Assembly (NCBI RefSeq): GCF_009914755.1
Contig: NC_060936.1
Source of the DNA: the human T2T-CHM13v2.0 reference genome, Homo sapiens
Direction: 5' to 3' (one strand)
Length of the DNA: 64,000 nucleotides
In this document: positions 1-13,918 of the stretch, one piece after another
How positions within the stretch are numbered: position 1 is the first letter of the stretch
Layout: each line of letters begins with the position of its first letter
Notes under the pieces: model-generated
Databases searched by the model: none
Told to the model about the DNA's origin: nothing
The model's input: the letters and a program-made list of their open reading frames with translations, nothing else
Position numbers and translations under genes: made by a program

Positions 1-889
1 AAGCCTTAGAGAACTAGGAATAAAGTGTTAACTTGGGAAAATTGTTGAAACAGTTCCTTAAGATATTTGTAGTAGATATGTCTCTAGATAAGAGGCTTGT
101 CTGGCTGTGAGGTCCTTGCACGAGACCCTTGCAGGTTTCCCAAATCTATTTGGACTGGGTGTCCTGTATTAACATGAAATCGTAGGCAGACACTGAATAA
201 ATCGCAACAGAGTTTCGGTTGTGGCTGCTCCAGTGTCTTGGAGTGGTTGCTCCAGACACATAGGTCTTATCCTCCTGCCCTGAGGTTCTCCAAATTTGCA
301 TTTGGGAAGTGTATAGTTTTATGACTGTTTCTTTTATCGTGAACTTACGGCCACCCCACTTCCCTGCCCACTTCCCCATCAGCTTCACCTTGGGTCGCGG
401 CACATCTGTTCTCCAGAACATGTTCCCTGCCAGGAATCTGCAGGGAGCTCTTAAGACTTATCTTTCTTTTTAGCTGTTTTTTTTTTTTTTCCACTCAACT
501 TCTAGGCTAGTGCTGAGTACTTATATGTCATGCTGTGAATATGTGTGTGAATGGATTGGTCAGAATTCCAAATTTTAGTTGTAAGAAAATTCTTTTGTGC
601 AGCGTGCATGGCTCAAAATGAGAGAAAAGACACTGACGAGGACTTGGCAGCCCCGAGCTTTTCCTTGGGATGTTATTTGCTTTAATAAATTTTGACCTAT
701 TTTGTAACAGACCAGGTTGGAGTTCCCTTTTTAACCTGCTGTTTCAACAAAGTTAAGTGCATTGAAGGTCTATCTCAAAGGCAATATATATTTTAAAAAT
801 TTCAGAATCCTATTCTGAGGCTGAATTATGGCTTTTTCTTTTCCCATAGGATTTACATGTACACTCATCTGTATTACTTCAGATGTTGC

Positions 890-1317
890 TGCTGTAGTTT
901 GGATGTTTCTCTCCCCAAACCTCATGTTGAGACCTGATCTCCAGTGTTGGAGGTGGGGCCTAATGCAAGGTGTGTGGGTCATGGAAGTGGATCCCTCTTG
1001 AGTAGATTGCTGCCCTCCCTGTGGTGGGGTGAGTGAGTTCTCGCTCTGTTAGTTCTCACAGAAGCAGATTGCTAAAAAGAGCCTGGTACCTCCCCCTGCC
1101 TCTCTCTTGCTTCCTCTCTTGCCACGTGATCTCTGCACACGCCGGCTCGCCTCACTTTCCGCCACGAGTGGAAGCAGCCTGAGGTCCTCACCAGAAGCAG
1201 ATGCTAGGGCCATGCTTCCTGTAGCGCCTGTAGAACTGTAAGCCAAATGAACCTCTTTTCTTTATGAATTCCCCAGCCTCAGATATTCCTTCCTAGCAGT
1301 ACAACATGACTAAGACA
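890..1317 (+). mobile_element. Solo LTR, ERVL-MaLR MST family (MSTB/C/D-like)
   Basis: TG...CA ends (tgctgtagtttggatg...gactaagaca). Typical MST segments: ctcatgttga, gtgttggaggtggggcc, gaagcagatgct..ccatgcttcctgta, ccagcctcagatattc. Confidence 0.85.
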
Positions 1318-1782
1318 GTTAACTTCCCATCTGACTCCCTCCAGTTGCTTCAAGGGTAGGCAAGAATTGTATATTAGCTATTTCTACATCCAGCTGTGTA
1401 TCCACAGTGCCTCTTATATTTGGCCTATAGTACATACTAAAGAAATGTTTATGTACTCTAGAAATGTACTCAAGAAATGACCAAATGAATGGATAACTTG
1501 GCTCATGAGAATTCTTAAGGGCATTTGAAATGGCAAGGGGTATGTTTGGAAGAAGGAGTGTGAGGAGCTGAAGGAAAAGAGGGGAGACCAGCTGTGTTCA
1601 GAACCCACAGTCATTTCCTCAGGAAACAGTACCAGATATCCTTGGATGTGGGGAAATGATCCACTCTTGCAGTAGCCTAGGCCACAGGTAATTTTGTGTA
1701 CCCACTATGCACTTAGCTCATACAGTAGGTCGTAAAAATGAAAATGGCATGATTCCTTCATAATCTAGGTGGGGAGACACTA

Positions 1783-2212
<430 letters not shown>

Positions 2213-2234
2213 TCACTTCATCTGCACAGCCTTT

Positions 2235-2350
2235 CAAGATAGGTGTTTTTATCTCCAGTTTACAGGTGAGGAAACCGAGCTTTGGGACCAAGTTACTTGT
2301 GCAAATCACACAGCTGGGAAATATCATTGCCAGGATTTGAATCTGAGTCT
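2235..2350 (-). mobile_element. MIR fragment
   Basis: Core tttacaggtgaggaaaccgag...acttg..caaatcacacagct...caggatttgaatc. Confidence 0.75.
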
Positions 2351-2928
2351 GCAGCAGTTCAGAGAAAGGGCACGCACAGTGGCTTTTGTGTCAGGGAAGA
2401 GACATTGTCTGTATTGTGGGGGTAGGTGAACTACGGCTGGAACACCAGCATGCAGAGGACTTGCCTTTTAGCTCTGAGGAGGTCGCCTGCCCTTGCATAT
2501 CTATAAACAACCACCCTGGATTGAGAGCTGTTGAATGGGGAGTTTGTCTGACTCCCAGAAGAGAGCACAGTACAGGAGAAACCTTATATAACGCAGACAT
2601 GCCCGGCATCCCGCAGGCGGGCGCAAGCCAACCGCACACCTCACAGACCCAGCTTTTGTTGTGTAGGCGCTGTGGTGTAAAAACCATCCTTTAGGGCCCT
2701 CTCCCTCGTGGTGGCAGCGTGCCTGGGAGCTTTCTGTTCTATTTGTGGTATCTGTTCCCTTTGATCATTGTGCATTGCTTTGTTCCTCATCTCCCTCTTT
2801 GGTGTCACCTGTGAAGTCACTGGAGAGCCATAATCATCCTAAAGAAAGACTCAGAGAAGAAGAAGTAAGACCTAAGAAAACAGACCCTTTAGCCTCCTTG
2901 GAGCTGGTTTTCTAGTTAAGAGGCTTGA

Positions 2929-3453
<525 letters not shown>

Positions 3454-3610
3454 TGAGGCCTGTGCTTCAGTTCATGGGCCTTATGTAAAGGCTTCTGTCA
3501 CCTGTCTACTCCTTCTTCAAGCTGGCTGTTTATTCGGCACAGAGGAGTAAATTACAGGTGGATTATGCAGTGACAAGCACTTTTATACCTCCTGTAAGAA
3601 CAGTTTATAC

Positions 3611-3942
3611 CAGGGGTCCCCAACCCCCAGACCGCAGACTAGTACTGTCCGTGGCCTTTTAGGAACTGGGCCGCACAGCAGGAGGTGAGTGGCGGGCAAG
3701 TGAGCATTACCACCTGAGCTCCGCCTCCTGTCAGATCAGCGGCAGCATTAGATTCTCGTAAGAGCACGAACCCTGTTGTGAATGACACATGTGAGGGATC
3801 TAGGTTGTGTGCTTCTTATGAGAATCTAATGATAAATGTCATGTGCTTGAATCATCCTGAAAGCATCCCTCTGCCCCCAGTCCGTGGAAAAATGTTCTTC
3901 CACCAAACCGGTCCCTGGTGCCAAAAAGGTTGAGGACTGCTT
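3611..3942 (+). mobile_element. MER1B-like hAT-Charlie MITE
   Basis: TIRs caggggtccccaacc / ggttgaggactgct; internal gatctaggttg..gct.cttatgagaatctaatg; degenerate 8-bp TSD gtttatac/gtctatgc. Confidence 0.85.
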
Positions 3943-6900
3943 GTCTATGCCTTAAAAAAAAAAGGTCCATTTACTTTGCAGTCATAGAGGACGCAGGGCT
4001 GGACTTGAGGAAATCTACCTAGAAATCCCCTTCAGGTTAAGATTTATGACATTAGCTTCACTATTGAATTGGATCATAGACATCTATAATTAAAGGAAAC
4101 CATTTACACTTTATTGTTCATTAAATGTTTAAACCACCTGAAAAGATTTTTTTCTAATTGAGCCTTTTTGCATAGTTACCAGTTACCCGTATCTGACTTC
4201 AAGTCTTTAGCCGTATACCTACATGGTTCCATAGTTATCAATGTTTATTTACAATTTAATATTCTTCTTTAGCATTATTTAATATCAAAATGATAATATG
4301 TACTACGGTAGGTTGGGCTTTACAGCTTACAAAACACTTTGACATACATTCTCTATTATTTTTGATGGCTCTGTGACATACTGAACTGAAGCAACAGTTT
4401 AAGGCTATTTCTAAATTGGGCTCTGCTCAAGTGTGAGAAAGCGTGACAGTCAACATGAACTAGCTTTAGCCTTATCACCGTTTCCTGCTCAGGCAGGTAA
4501 GATCTGCTGAAGGAAGGAACCGTTGCCAACTGGCCAGGTGTGCCAGTTCGTGGCCTAGAAGGGGCAGCTGTCAGTTGAACTTTGCCCATGTTTTCAGGAT
4601 TTTATCTCAACTCCTGAGTAGTCTCATCTGGGTGGGAGCACTAGAATTGAAGGCCTGTTCAAAGGTTTTGTGCCTTTAACTGGAGAATTTTTTGGAAGCC
4701 CCTTAGAACTGCCAGGCAGCCATGTGGGATCAGGTGGGGGGGACTGGGCTGCTGTGTGGTAGATTTGAGTTCATGTCTCATAAATGGACTCTCCCCGAAT
4801 CTGAGAGGGTTGCTCCCTAAGTCAACTACTTAATAATTAATGGAAAGGAGATGTGACAGGAATAGCCAATTTCCCTGTCCTGTTTGGTATGACTGTTGGC
4901 AATTTGATGATTCCTTCCTTAACCTTGAAGCAATCTCAGTTTGACTGACTCATACTATGGGGAAGATAGTGGCCTTTGAACTCTTGACTCAATACAGTCT
5001 TGACCTTGGTTAGATACTACCTTGACCTCTGGATAAAACTGTACTGGGCATTACTATTTTATTGATTGTTCTCTCAACAAAACAACCGTATCTTTAAAAA
5101 ATTTTTTTATCTTACATGTCTGAAGTAGAAGGTCACCTCTTTTGTAGTGAAAAAATAACTATTTTCCCCATGGTGTGCTGAATGCATGGGTTAAAGCAGG
5201 TAGACCAGCTGTCCTGGGTTTTATCCCTATGTGTTTTTTGCTGATTCACAAAGGCATTTAATTTCTCTCTACCACGCTTTCTAGGTCTGCAAAATAGAAA
5301 GGGGAGTTCATGACCATCTATGCGTTACTGGGGGATTTTTCTGTGCAAGCGAAAATTATTGATGCAACCAGAGGACTTGCTGCCAGCGTCGAGGGGTGCA
5401 TTTTACTCCCTCTGTAAAGAGGCCAGCAGTAATGATAGAAACACAGTGCATTTGACTCTGACCTTATATTTGACAACTCTTCCTCTACAATCCTTAAAAA
5501 ACATGCCTCACCATTTAAGAGACCAGCAGCAGGCCTTCAGCAAAGCCCACGGTCTAGGCAGCCTTTGTAGGCCTCTGGGATTGTGGTGAGAAAACCTTAT
5601 CCCTCTCTTATTTCCTGATAACTTTACATTTTAGAGGTGTCTGGAAAGAAAGGTGGCAGAAAAGCAGCATAACCTGCTTGACAAGTCCTGTACAAACAGA
5701 AGTCCAATGAGGCTGCTGCTCTGGGGTTGCCAAGCTCAAGGAAGCCAATTGTAGTGTGCACAAAGGTGCAAGTCACCAAGGCCTCAGAGAGCTCCAAGGA
5801 AGCCTGTGCAAAGGCAGGATTTAGAGTTCTAAGGACGGGTTGTCCAGCGCAGCCCAGCAGAGAACCTAGGTCCATAACTGTGGACTCTCCTGTGAGGGAG
5901 CCATGTTGCGGGGTGGACATCTGACAGTTGTCCCTGCTCTGTGAACCTGCGACTTCATCCTACAGGTGCAGAGAATGGTTTTGGCAACTCTCTCCACCGC
6001 AGAATGTGGGCGGACTTCTGAGCTGGGTTTGATTTTCCTCTTTTGCTTTGGAGTGTACAACAATCAACCCTTTAGAGCAGAAGTAGAGGAATGGAAGACT
6101 TTCCCATGGCCCAAGACCCCTCAGTGGGTTGCTGTTTGCTCTTCCCTAGAATATTATAATGTTCAATTTATGCCTCCAGGAGACCAGAGACACACGTTTC
6201 CCAAATGTGGGTACAGGTGGCTTTAAGCTGTTTCTGTGAGTAGAGGCCCAGTGACATGTTCCCCAGTGTAACCCCCTCCTTGGTTTCACATCCCCTCTAC
6301 CCGATTCTAGGCCAAGCCCCTCCAGTGTAGTTGGTGACCCAGAACAGGTGAAAGTGAGGCTGCCTTTTGTAGCACTGCTCTTTGTGAATGGGAAGTGCTG
6401 CTGGGGAGAAATGATTTTAAGTGTGAGCTTTGCTGTTAGGGGCAGCCCTCTTTCTCCACTGCAATAAGAAGAGTCGTGACTAAGTCTAGAAAGGCAGGTT
6501 TTGATCTTTAGGATACTGTGATGTATGAAATAAAGGTATGTCCTTCTTATTCGGTGTTGCATTGTCAGCACCTAACACAGTGTTTAATTAAAGCAAAAAT
6601 TTTTGTATTGAAAATATAACTAGGTGGAGGAGTAAGTCAGTGCTACTTAAGTGTGAGTATTTGTCTTCCCTGATCAGATGGTTTTCTACGTACTCAAAAT
6701 TTCATGTAGTAAGAATGCAGGATGCTTATGGAGAAAAGTGAGTGTTGTTTGTTTCTCCTTAATATTTATATATAAAAGCAAGAGCTTATTAAACTTTTAG
6801 ACGTCTTTGGAGGTTTGAAATTTCCCACTGTTATTCTTAAGAAGAGAAGAGAGAGAATAATTTTTTTTTTTCTGTCTTATTGGCCTTTAAGGAAAAGCGA

Positions 6901-7212
6901 ATTTCAGAAAAACATGGGACGGAACAGGAAGTGTTTACAGGTTTAGTCATACTTGTTAGGTATGAAAAAGCCCCACTGCCTTCTCATATTGTTTCTTTTA
7001 TGAACTTAACACTTCCTACTTTGAGAATACCTTCCTCCCCAAGGGCTCAAAGCCCTTCATAGTCATTAATTTGCATCTTGCTAATTTTCTTAAAAAATTA
7101 AAATGTTAACTACCATTTAGCTGGTATTCTACCAGCTAAAACTTCCAGCTAAATGCATTTTGTCTGTCTGTATGTATTAGCTCAGTTGAAAATGTGATCC
7201 TACTGAAGGCAG

Positions 7213-7324
7213 TAGGGTAACCGGCTTGTCCCAGTTTCCCTGGGATTTCAGTTTTAGTACTGAAAACCCCACATCCCCGGAACCCCTTCAGTCCCAGACA
7301 AACCAGCATGGTTGGGTCACCCAA
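7213..7324. mobile_element. MER81 (hAT-Blackjack) MITE
   Basis: tagggtaaccgg...gttttagtactgaaaa.cccacatccc...gtcccagacaaacc...ggtcaccc; degenerate TSD gaaggcag/gaaggcga. Confidence 0.8.
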
Positions 7325-8254
7325 GAAGGCGACCAGTTCAGGTAGCTCTGCATAAAGAGAAGATGTTCCACCCTGCAGTCCTTACCTTAAATCTAGGCAG
7401 CTACCTTAAGAATTGACCTAGACAGCAGTGTGTGCATGGCTCAGTGCAAATCTTTAGCATCACCTGGTAGAAGACAACACTGAGCACACAGTCGCAGAAC
7501 TAGTGCAGTTCGAGGTACGTGGAAATGTCTCTGCAAAGTAATATTTCTGGTTTCTTGTTTTTTTGTCTACCCTTTTCCCCTTTACTGCACTATATGGTGA
7601 AAAACGAAAACAAGAACTGCTAACTACCTGATTTCCGAAACAAGAAGTGTGATCTCAAATATTTCTGTTGATCTCAGGTTTTTCATCTGAAAAATGAGGA
7701 TGCTGGTCTCAATTTCTAAGGCCCCTTCCTGCCCAAACTTACCAGGAGGAAAGAAGCTGGAAGTAGAAAGCAGGAGAGGTTCAAAAAGAAAATGGGATGC
7801 ATCTCCTTTAGTAAGCTCTACTCTGGAGAAGGACGTTGTCCTTCAAGTACAAACCTTTTCACCGACTTGGGGAGTTTCCCCCCATTGTATCCCACCCCAT
7901 CTTTTTCTGCCATCGTGCACTGTGTCGTTTGAATGTGCTGCTTTGTCAGGGCTGGGGGCTTCCTTGGTGCTCCAGCTTGGCCACATCCGACACACAGACC
8001 ACCCCGTCCTCCTTCTGCCTCTAGAGGACCCAGAACAACCCTTGTTCTGAAAGCACCCTGTCCCTGAGCCTGAACACATGACCCTGGATGTCAGAAGATG
8101 CTCTTCTCCATTTCAATTGCCCAATTCCAGCTCTGTAATCATTATGTTAAATGATACAAGTTTCAAAAAATATATATTTCTAATAGACTTTCTATTATCT
8201 TCCTTAAATCCACAGTGTCACTTTCATTCTTACTCCTCATTTTGGGGTGAAAGT

Positions 8255-8435
8255 GTAGAAAGATTGTGGCTTTAGAATCTGACGTACTTTGCTTCAAATT
8301 CTAGCACCACTGTGTGACATTGGGAAGCCCGTTCTTTAACCCCACTCAGACTCTGTTTCTCCATTGATGAAATAGAAACATACAGTATCTTATGTGTCTG
8401 GCACATGGAAGGTACTCAGCATATTAATATTAACC
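8255..8435 (+). mobile_element. MIR
   Basis: ggctttagaatc...ttcaaattctagc.ccac.tgtgtgacattggg...ctctgtttctcc, and 3' end gtctggcacatgg.aggtactca. Confidence 0.65.
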
Positions 8436-8441
8436 ACTTTG

Positions 8442-8752
<311 letters not shown>

Positions 8753-9640
8753 CCACTTCATTCTTCTTAGCCCTTCAAGCCCCCGCACCGTGTTTTCTGA
8801 CATATCATCTTGTTTTCATCCTTTCTCTTCGGTTTAATTCCAGAGGGTACAGAGAAGGTGTAAGTTACAGGTAAAGGAGAGTAAGTGCACTGTGAGTGGG
8901 TGCTGATGAAATATCACAACAGGTTCTCATTCTGACAACTCACACTAGGCCATGCTTCCCCGGAATATTTATGGAACTAAGTGGAAAAAAGGATCTTTAG
9001 CAAGGATCCAGCACCCTCAATGCAGGGAATGAAATGTGTTTATTATTAGAGCAATCCAGTTTCCATACAGCTACCAATATACACACACCCACATACCCTG
9101 TTCAGCCATACTGAAGAGTTTACTTGTAAATCCAGGCGAAGCTGATGCTGAGAGGTGGCCCGCTGTACTGATTTTGTAAAACCAGCAGGAAAACCTCTGC
9201 TCGGCCGACCACTTGATGTTTTAGTTGCAGCCACTAACATGTTAATCAAAAGAAGCAAATACATGTTTTTCCCTTGAGAAAACATGGATAGTGGTGTAAC
9301 GGAAATTACCTTGAATTATTCCTCCTCAAGTATCTATCCAATCTAGATAGATGGATTATCTGATTGCACCAGGAGATGCAGACCTGGCAGTGGCTACTTC
9401 TATTGCAGCATCTTTAAAGGAATCAGATCTTTGGATTTCCATTTTCCCATTTTTATTCTTATTTTCTCCCTGCTAAAAAACAGTTTGCAGAGGCACTTGA
9501 AAGTGATATAAACTCCATAGTAGATAATAGTTGTACATGAACATCGTATCTTTTATCATATAGTCCCCTATGTAATTAGGTGATAGCTTGAGCCTAGCAC
9601 AGGTGGCGCTGCTGAGCCATCTCGGAAATGACCACATCTG

Positions 9641-9867
9641 AACTGGGCGCAGTGGTTCATGCCTGTAATCCCCACACTTCGGGAGGCCAAGATGGGTGGA
9701 TTGCTTGAGCTCAGGAGTTCGAGACCAGCCTGGGCAACATGACGAAACCTCGTCTCTACAAAAAATATAAAAATTAGCTGTGTGTGGTGGTGCTCACCTG
9801 TGGTCCCAGCTACCTGGGGGGCTGAGATGAGCAAAAAAAAAAAAGAAAAAAAAAAAAAGAAGAAGAA
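9641..9867 (+). mobile_element. AluJ with most of the right arm deleted
   Basis: Left arm and linker intact; right arm jumps from gctgagatg to the A tail. TSD gaaatgaccacatctg / gaaattaccatatctg. Confidence 0.9.
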
Positions 9868-9944
9868 GAAATTACCATATCTGTATGTCTATACATAGGT
9901 ATGTGGATTTATCACAGTGCTGGTACAAGTACTTTTGTCATTGA

Positions 9945-10185
9945 TGTTTATTAAGCTTTTTATGCTCCAGGCACTATGCTAAATTGTAGGGCATTATCTC
10001 CTCTAATCCTCAGAATCTTATGCAGTAGGGCCGGTGTTGCTATTACTCCATTTTATAGATGAGGAAACTTAGGCTTGGGGTGTTTAAGTAACTTCTATGA
10101 AGTCACACAGTAAGTGCTAGAGCCAAGAGGCAAAGTAAGCCTGGATGCTTCCAAGCCGTAGCTCTTAACCACTATGCTATACTGC
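9945..10185 (-). mobile_element. Near-full-length MIR
   Basis: ccaggcactatgcta...taatcctca...ccattttatagatgaggaaactt...gctcttaaccactatgctatactgc. Confidence 0.9.
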
Positions 10186-10399
10186 TCAAAAATATTTTTA
10201 GAACTGAATGAAGACATCTAAGGAAAAGGAAAACGTGGTCCCTAATGGTCTTTTGTGATAACAATATGAAACCTTTCGTCTCTAAAGTGTCATGGAAGTG
10301 AAACTTGAAAGGCTCTGTTCTTCATCTTCTACTTATTAATGGGCAAAATGTCTTCGTAATTTATGGCATGTGTCCCAAAGGTGCAAAGGTGGCAAGGTG

Positions 10400-10402
<3 letters not shown>

Positions 10403-10430
<28 letters not shown>
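10403..10430. repeat. Poly(T)28 mononucleotide tract
   Basis: Uninterrupted T run with no adjoining Alu body. Confidence 0.9.
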
Positions 10431-10433
<3 letters not shown>

Positions 10434-10901
10434 AATACTAGGTCCTGCTTCCAAGCCTCCTATTTCTTCACTTCCCTGTGTACCAGGGTTTACCTGCTGC
10501 TTAACCCACCCACCCCACTATACGTGTCTGTAGTAGACCCACCAACATTCACATGGCCACTTCTGCTGAAAGTACCTCCCAGGATAGAATAGGGTCACAG
10601 ACCCCCAATTGTATAAGCCTTTGGCTTCTTGATGTCTCTGCGAGTTACGGTTATGGGAGTTGGTCTTTGGTGAGATTAGTGGTGAGATCAGTGGGTGGCA
10701 CCTAGGGTGATTTATTGAATAGTATGGGGTGAGGCTGAAGAGCAAACATCCACGTAAGTGTTGTCTGTTTTGGAGTTTGAAAAGTTGTCACCCTAATAAA
10801 CAAACTGCTTAATTGAACAGCCCTTGCTTGGCGTGATCAAAGAAAAGACCTAGACTTTGCTATCAGTAGGCTCTGGGTTCCAGGCCTGGCTTGTCACTTA
10901 C

Positions 10902-11275
<374 letters not shown>

Positions 11276-12214
11276 TAAAATGAGAATTTAAATGTCGCCC
11301 TTATTTTGATTGCTGGGAAGTTTAAATGAAACAGTGTATGTGCCTGTCACATAGTAGTTGACAATAAATGATAGTTTCTTTTCCTTTTCCCTTAAGTAAG
11401 TTTTTTTTCCCTCTAGCCTATAAGCTCCTTAAAGAAGATAGAGATTTTCTTTTCTCACTCATTTCCATATTCTCAGCCCTTAGCAGTGCCAGGCACATAT
11501 TTGCTGAATGAAAGAAAAATCTTTTACAAAGGTCTTCAGATCATTCATTCACCAGACAATTGTTGAGTATCTACAGTGTATCAGGCACTGTTCTTGGAGC
11601 AGGGCAGTCTTAAAAAACACACACAAACATAGTCTGTGTCCCCTTTTTTAGTCTAACTGGGAGAGAAACATTACATAGATAATTAGAGCAATGAACAACT
11701 TTGATCCTTGAGATGGGATTTAAATTTTAAGAGATAGGTGACATTTGGTGTCAAGTCTGTCCAGGTATACTTGATATTGTTTTTGATCAGGTACAAGAAA
11801 CGGCAATATACTGTTATCTATAACTGGTTCTGAAAGATCTGAAAGAGGTGTTTCTAAAGTATTTTTGAGGAATGGTGCTGCTTTTTTGGAATAAGTATAA
11901 ATACATTGTAAAGTATCTATTTCGAGAGGGAACAGACTTGATGGGATGGGATCATAGTAGGTAAGGTGTTCCAGGAACTTGGAACATACTGGAATAAGGC
12001 TTAAACACAAGTCACAGAACTGGGTGATAGGGCGGTGAGCGCATCTACTGGAGAGGAGATGGGGCAGGGCTGGCAGCTTGTAGCAAGATTTTTATGTAGA
12101 CAGTTAGACTTCAAACTTCATCAGTAAGTCAGTAGATGGCCCTAGGTGGAAACACAGGACAAAAGATGAATTTGTGTTGGCACTAGAAATACTTTGAGCT
12201 CATCTAATGAGGCT

Positions 12215-12325
12215 CATTCATTCATTTGGTAAATACTTCACGAGTGTCCAGTGCAAGCTCTGTTCTAGTTGTAAGGGATATGGCAGTGAACAAGGCAGAC
12301 AAGGTCCCTGTGCCTGCAGAGTTTT
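12215..12325 (-). mobile_element. L2 3' end fragment
   Basis: cattcattcatt..aaatact...tgttctag...gggatatggcagtgaacaaggcagacaaggtccctg. Confidence 0.75.
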
Positions 12326-13488
12326 GATGATAACCTTCCCCCCTGGGTGTGTGGGAGGGCCTGGGGCTCCTGTGTGGTTTGGGGGTCTGAGAGGTGGATG
12401 AAGGTACAGTAGGCCCACAGTCGTGGAAATCAAAGTCCAAGCTCCAGTGAACCATCAATTAAGAAACAAGGGATTGTGAAGAACAAGACCTAGATCCAGA
12501 CTGAAGGGAAGGATTTGCTGAGGAGTTCAGGCCAGCATGGGCTGGGGTGACTTGGCCTGGAACTCTACAACAGTCAGGACAGGGAGTCCTGAATAGGGGC
12601 ACCTGCAGCTGAGTCCATGGATGGGGAGGGACCTGTGTAAGGCACTGAATTTAGACTCTGCACGCAGTTCTAAGAGGTGTTCTCAACACGTTTATGCAAC
12701 TAAAAAGTGTTTATTAACAGTGTTTTGAAACAAGTGGGATTTTTGTTGAGGTTGTAGGATAATTCAGGGTCATATGGAGATTTTTATTCTATCAGTATTT
12801 GCCCTGTCATGTAGATGAGACACGTTAGAGGCAAGCCTCTGAAAATTAGATTGATTTATTTTTCTAGTCTGAACCGAGGAAAATAACTACTTGTCTTCTA
12901 TCTCCTGGTGCTCTAATATATGTAAAATGTTGTCTTATGGTGAGACAATGCATATTAATTTTTTAGGCACTTGATGGAAGAAGTGGATGAGGGAAGCAGC
13001 ATCGGTCTTTGAACCTAGGTCAGAAAGAAATGGAAGCCATGGTGTGAGAATAATGCATCATGGTTTGTATGGCCTTTTTCATGTATTTTAACTCAACTGA
13101 TTTTCTCAGGGCCTCATCAGTCAGTCAACGCAGTTTTCTCCATCTCATAGCCAAAGAGACTGAGACTCAGATCTGCCCCTGCCCACTTTTTTTGTAGTTT
13201 TAGGGGGAAGCATAAATGTGGAGGAAGTAAATGAGTGTGTTTGTTCAGGCTTAGACTTTTGTTATTTTTTAGCCTTGCAGGGAAGGGGAGGAAAGCCAAT
13301 AACGATGGCTAGAATTGGAGATAGAATGAATGCAAGTTGCATTAAACTGTAAGGTTAGTCTCGGTAAGAGGTTGTTTATATGGTGGTGTCTTGGGTGTAT
13401 CTTACCATGTAGCATTCTTCGTTTTAAGAAGGATTCCTTCCGGTGCAACATCAGTCACAGCATAGAAAGCCTATGCTGCTCTGCTAGT

Positions 13489-13606
13489 TTGCTTGCTTGC
13501 TTGCTTGCTTGCTTGCTTTCTCCTTCCTTCCTTCCTTCCTTCCCTCCCTCCCTCCTTCCCTCCTTCCCTCCTTCCTTCCTCTCTCTTTCTCTTTCTCTCT
13601 CTCTCT
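13489..13606. repeat. Compound microsatellite (TTGC)7-(TTCC)5/(CCCT)n-(CT)n
   Basis: Read directly. Lies at the tail end of the adjacent antisense Alu. Confidence 0.95.
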
Positions 13607-13918
13607 GTTTTTTGTTTGTTTTTGCTTTTTTTTTTTTTTAAATTTGAGACAGGGTCTTGCTCAGTCAGCCAGGCTGGAGTGCAGTGGCGCAGTCATGGCT
13701 CACCAGCCTTGCACTTCTTGGGCTCAAGTGATCCTCCCACCTCAGCCTCCCAAGTAGCTGGAATGTACCACCATGCCCGACTAATTTTTAATTTTTTTTA
13801 ATGGAGACGGTTTTGCCATGTTGCCCAGACTCATCTCAAACTCCTGGGCTCAAGTGATCCTCCTGCCTCTGCCTCCCAAAGTGCTGAGATTACAAGTGTG
13901 ACCCACTGCGCCTCTGCC
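13607..13918 (-). mobile_element. AluJ
   Basis: gagacagggtcttgctc...gggctcaagtgatcctcccacctcagcctccc...ctcctgggctcaagtgatcc. Confidence 0.92.

Noticed and set aside
6576-6603. CACAGTG followed by an A-rich tract as a cryptic RSS
   Set aside because: The nonamer-like sequence is at a 10-nt spacing; poor match at 12 or 23.
9593-9611. CTCF-like AGGTGGCGCT
   Set aside because: The 5' half (CCAC/GC) of the CTCF core is mismatched.
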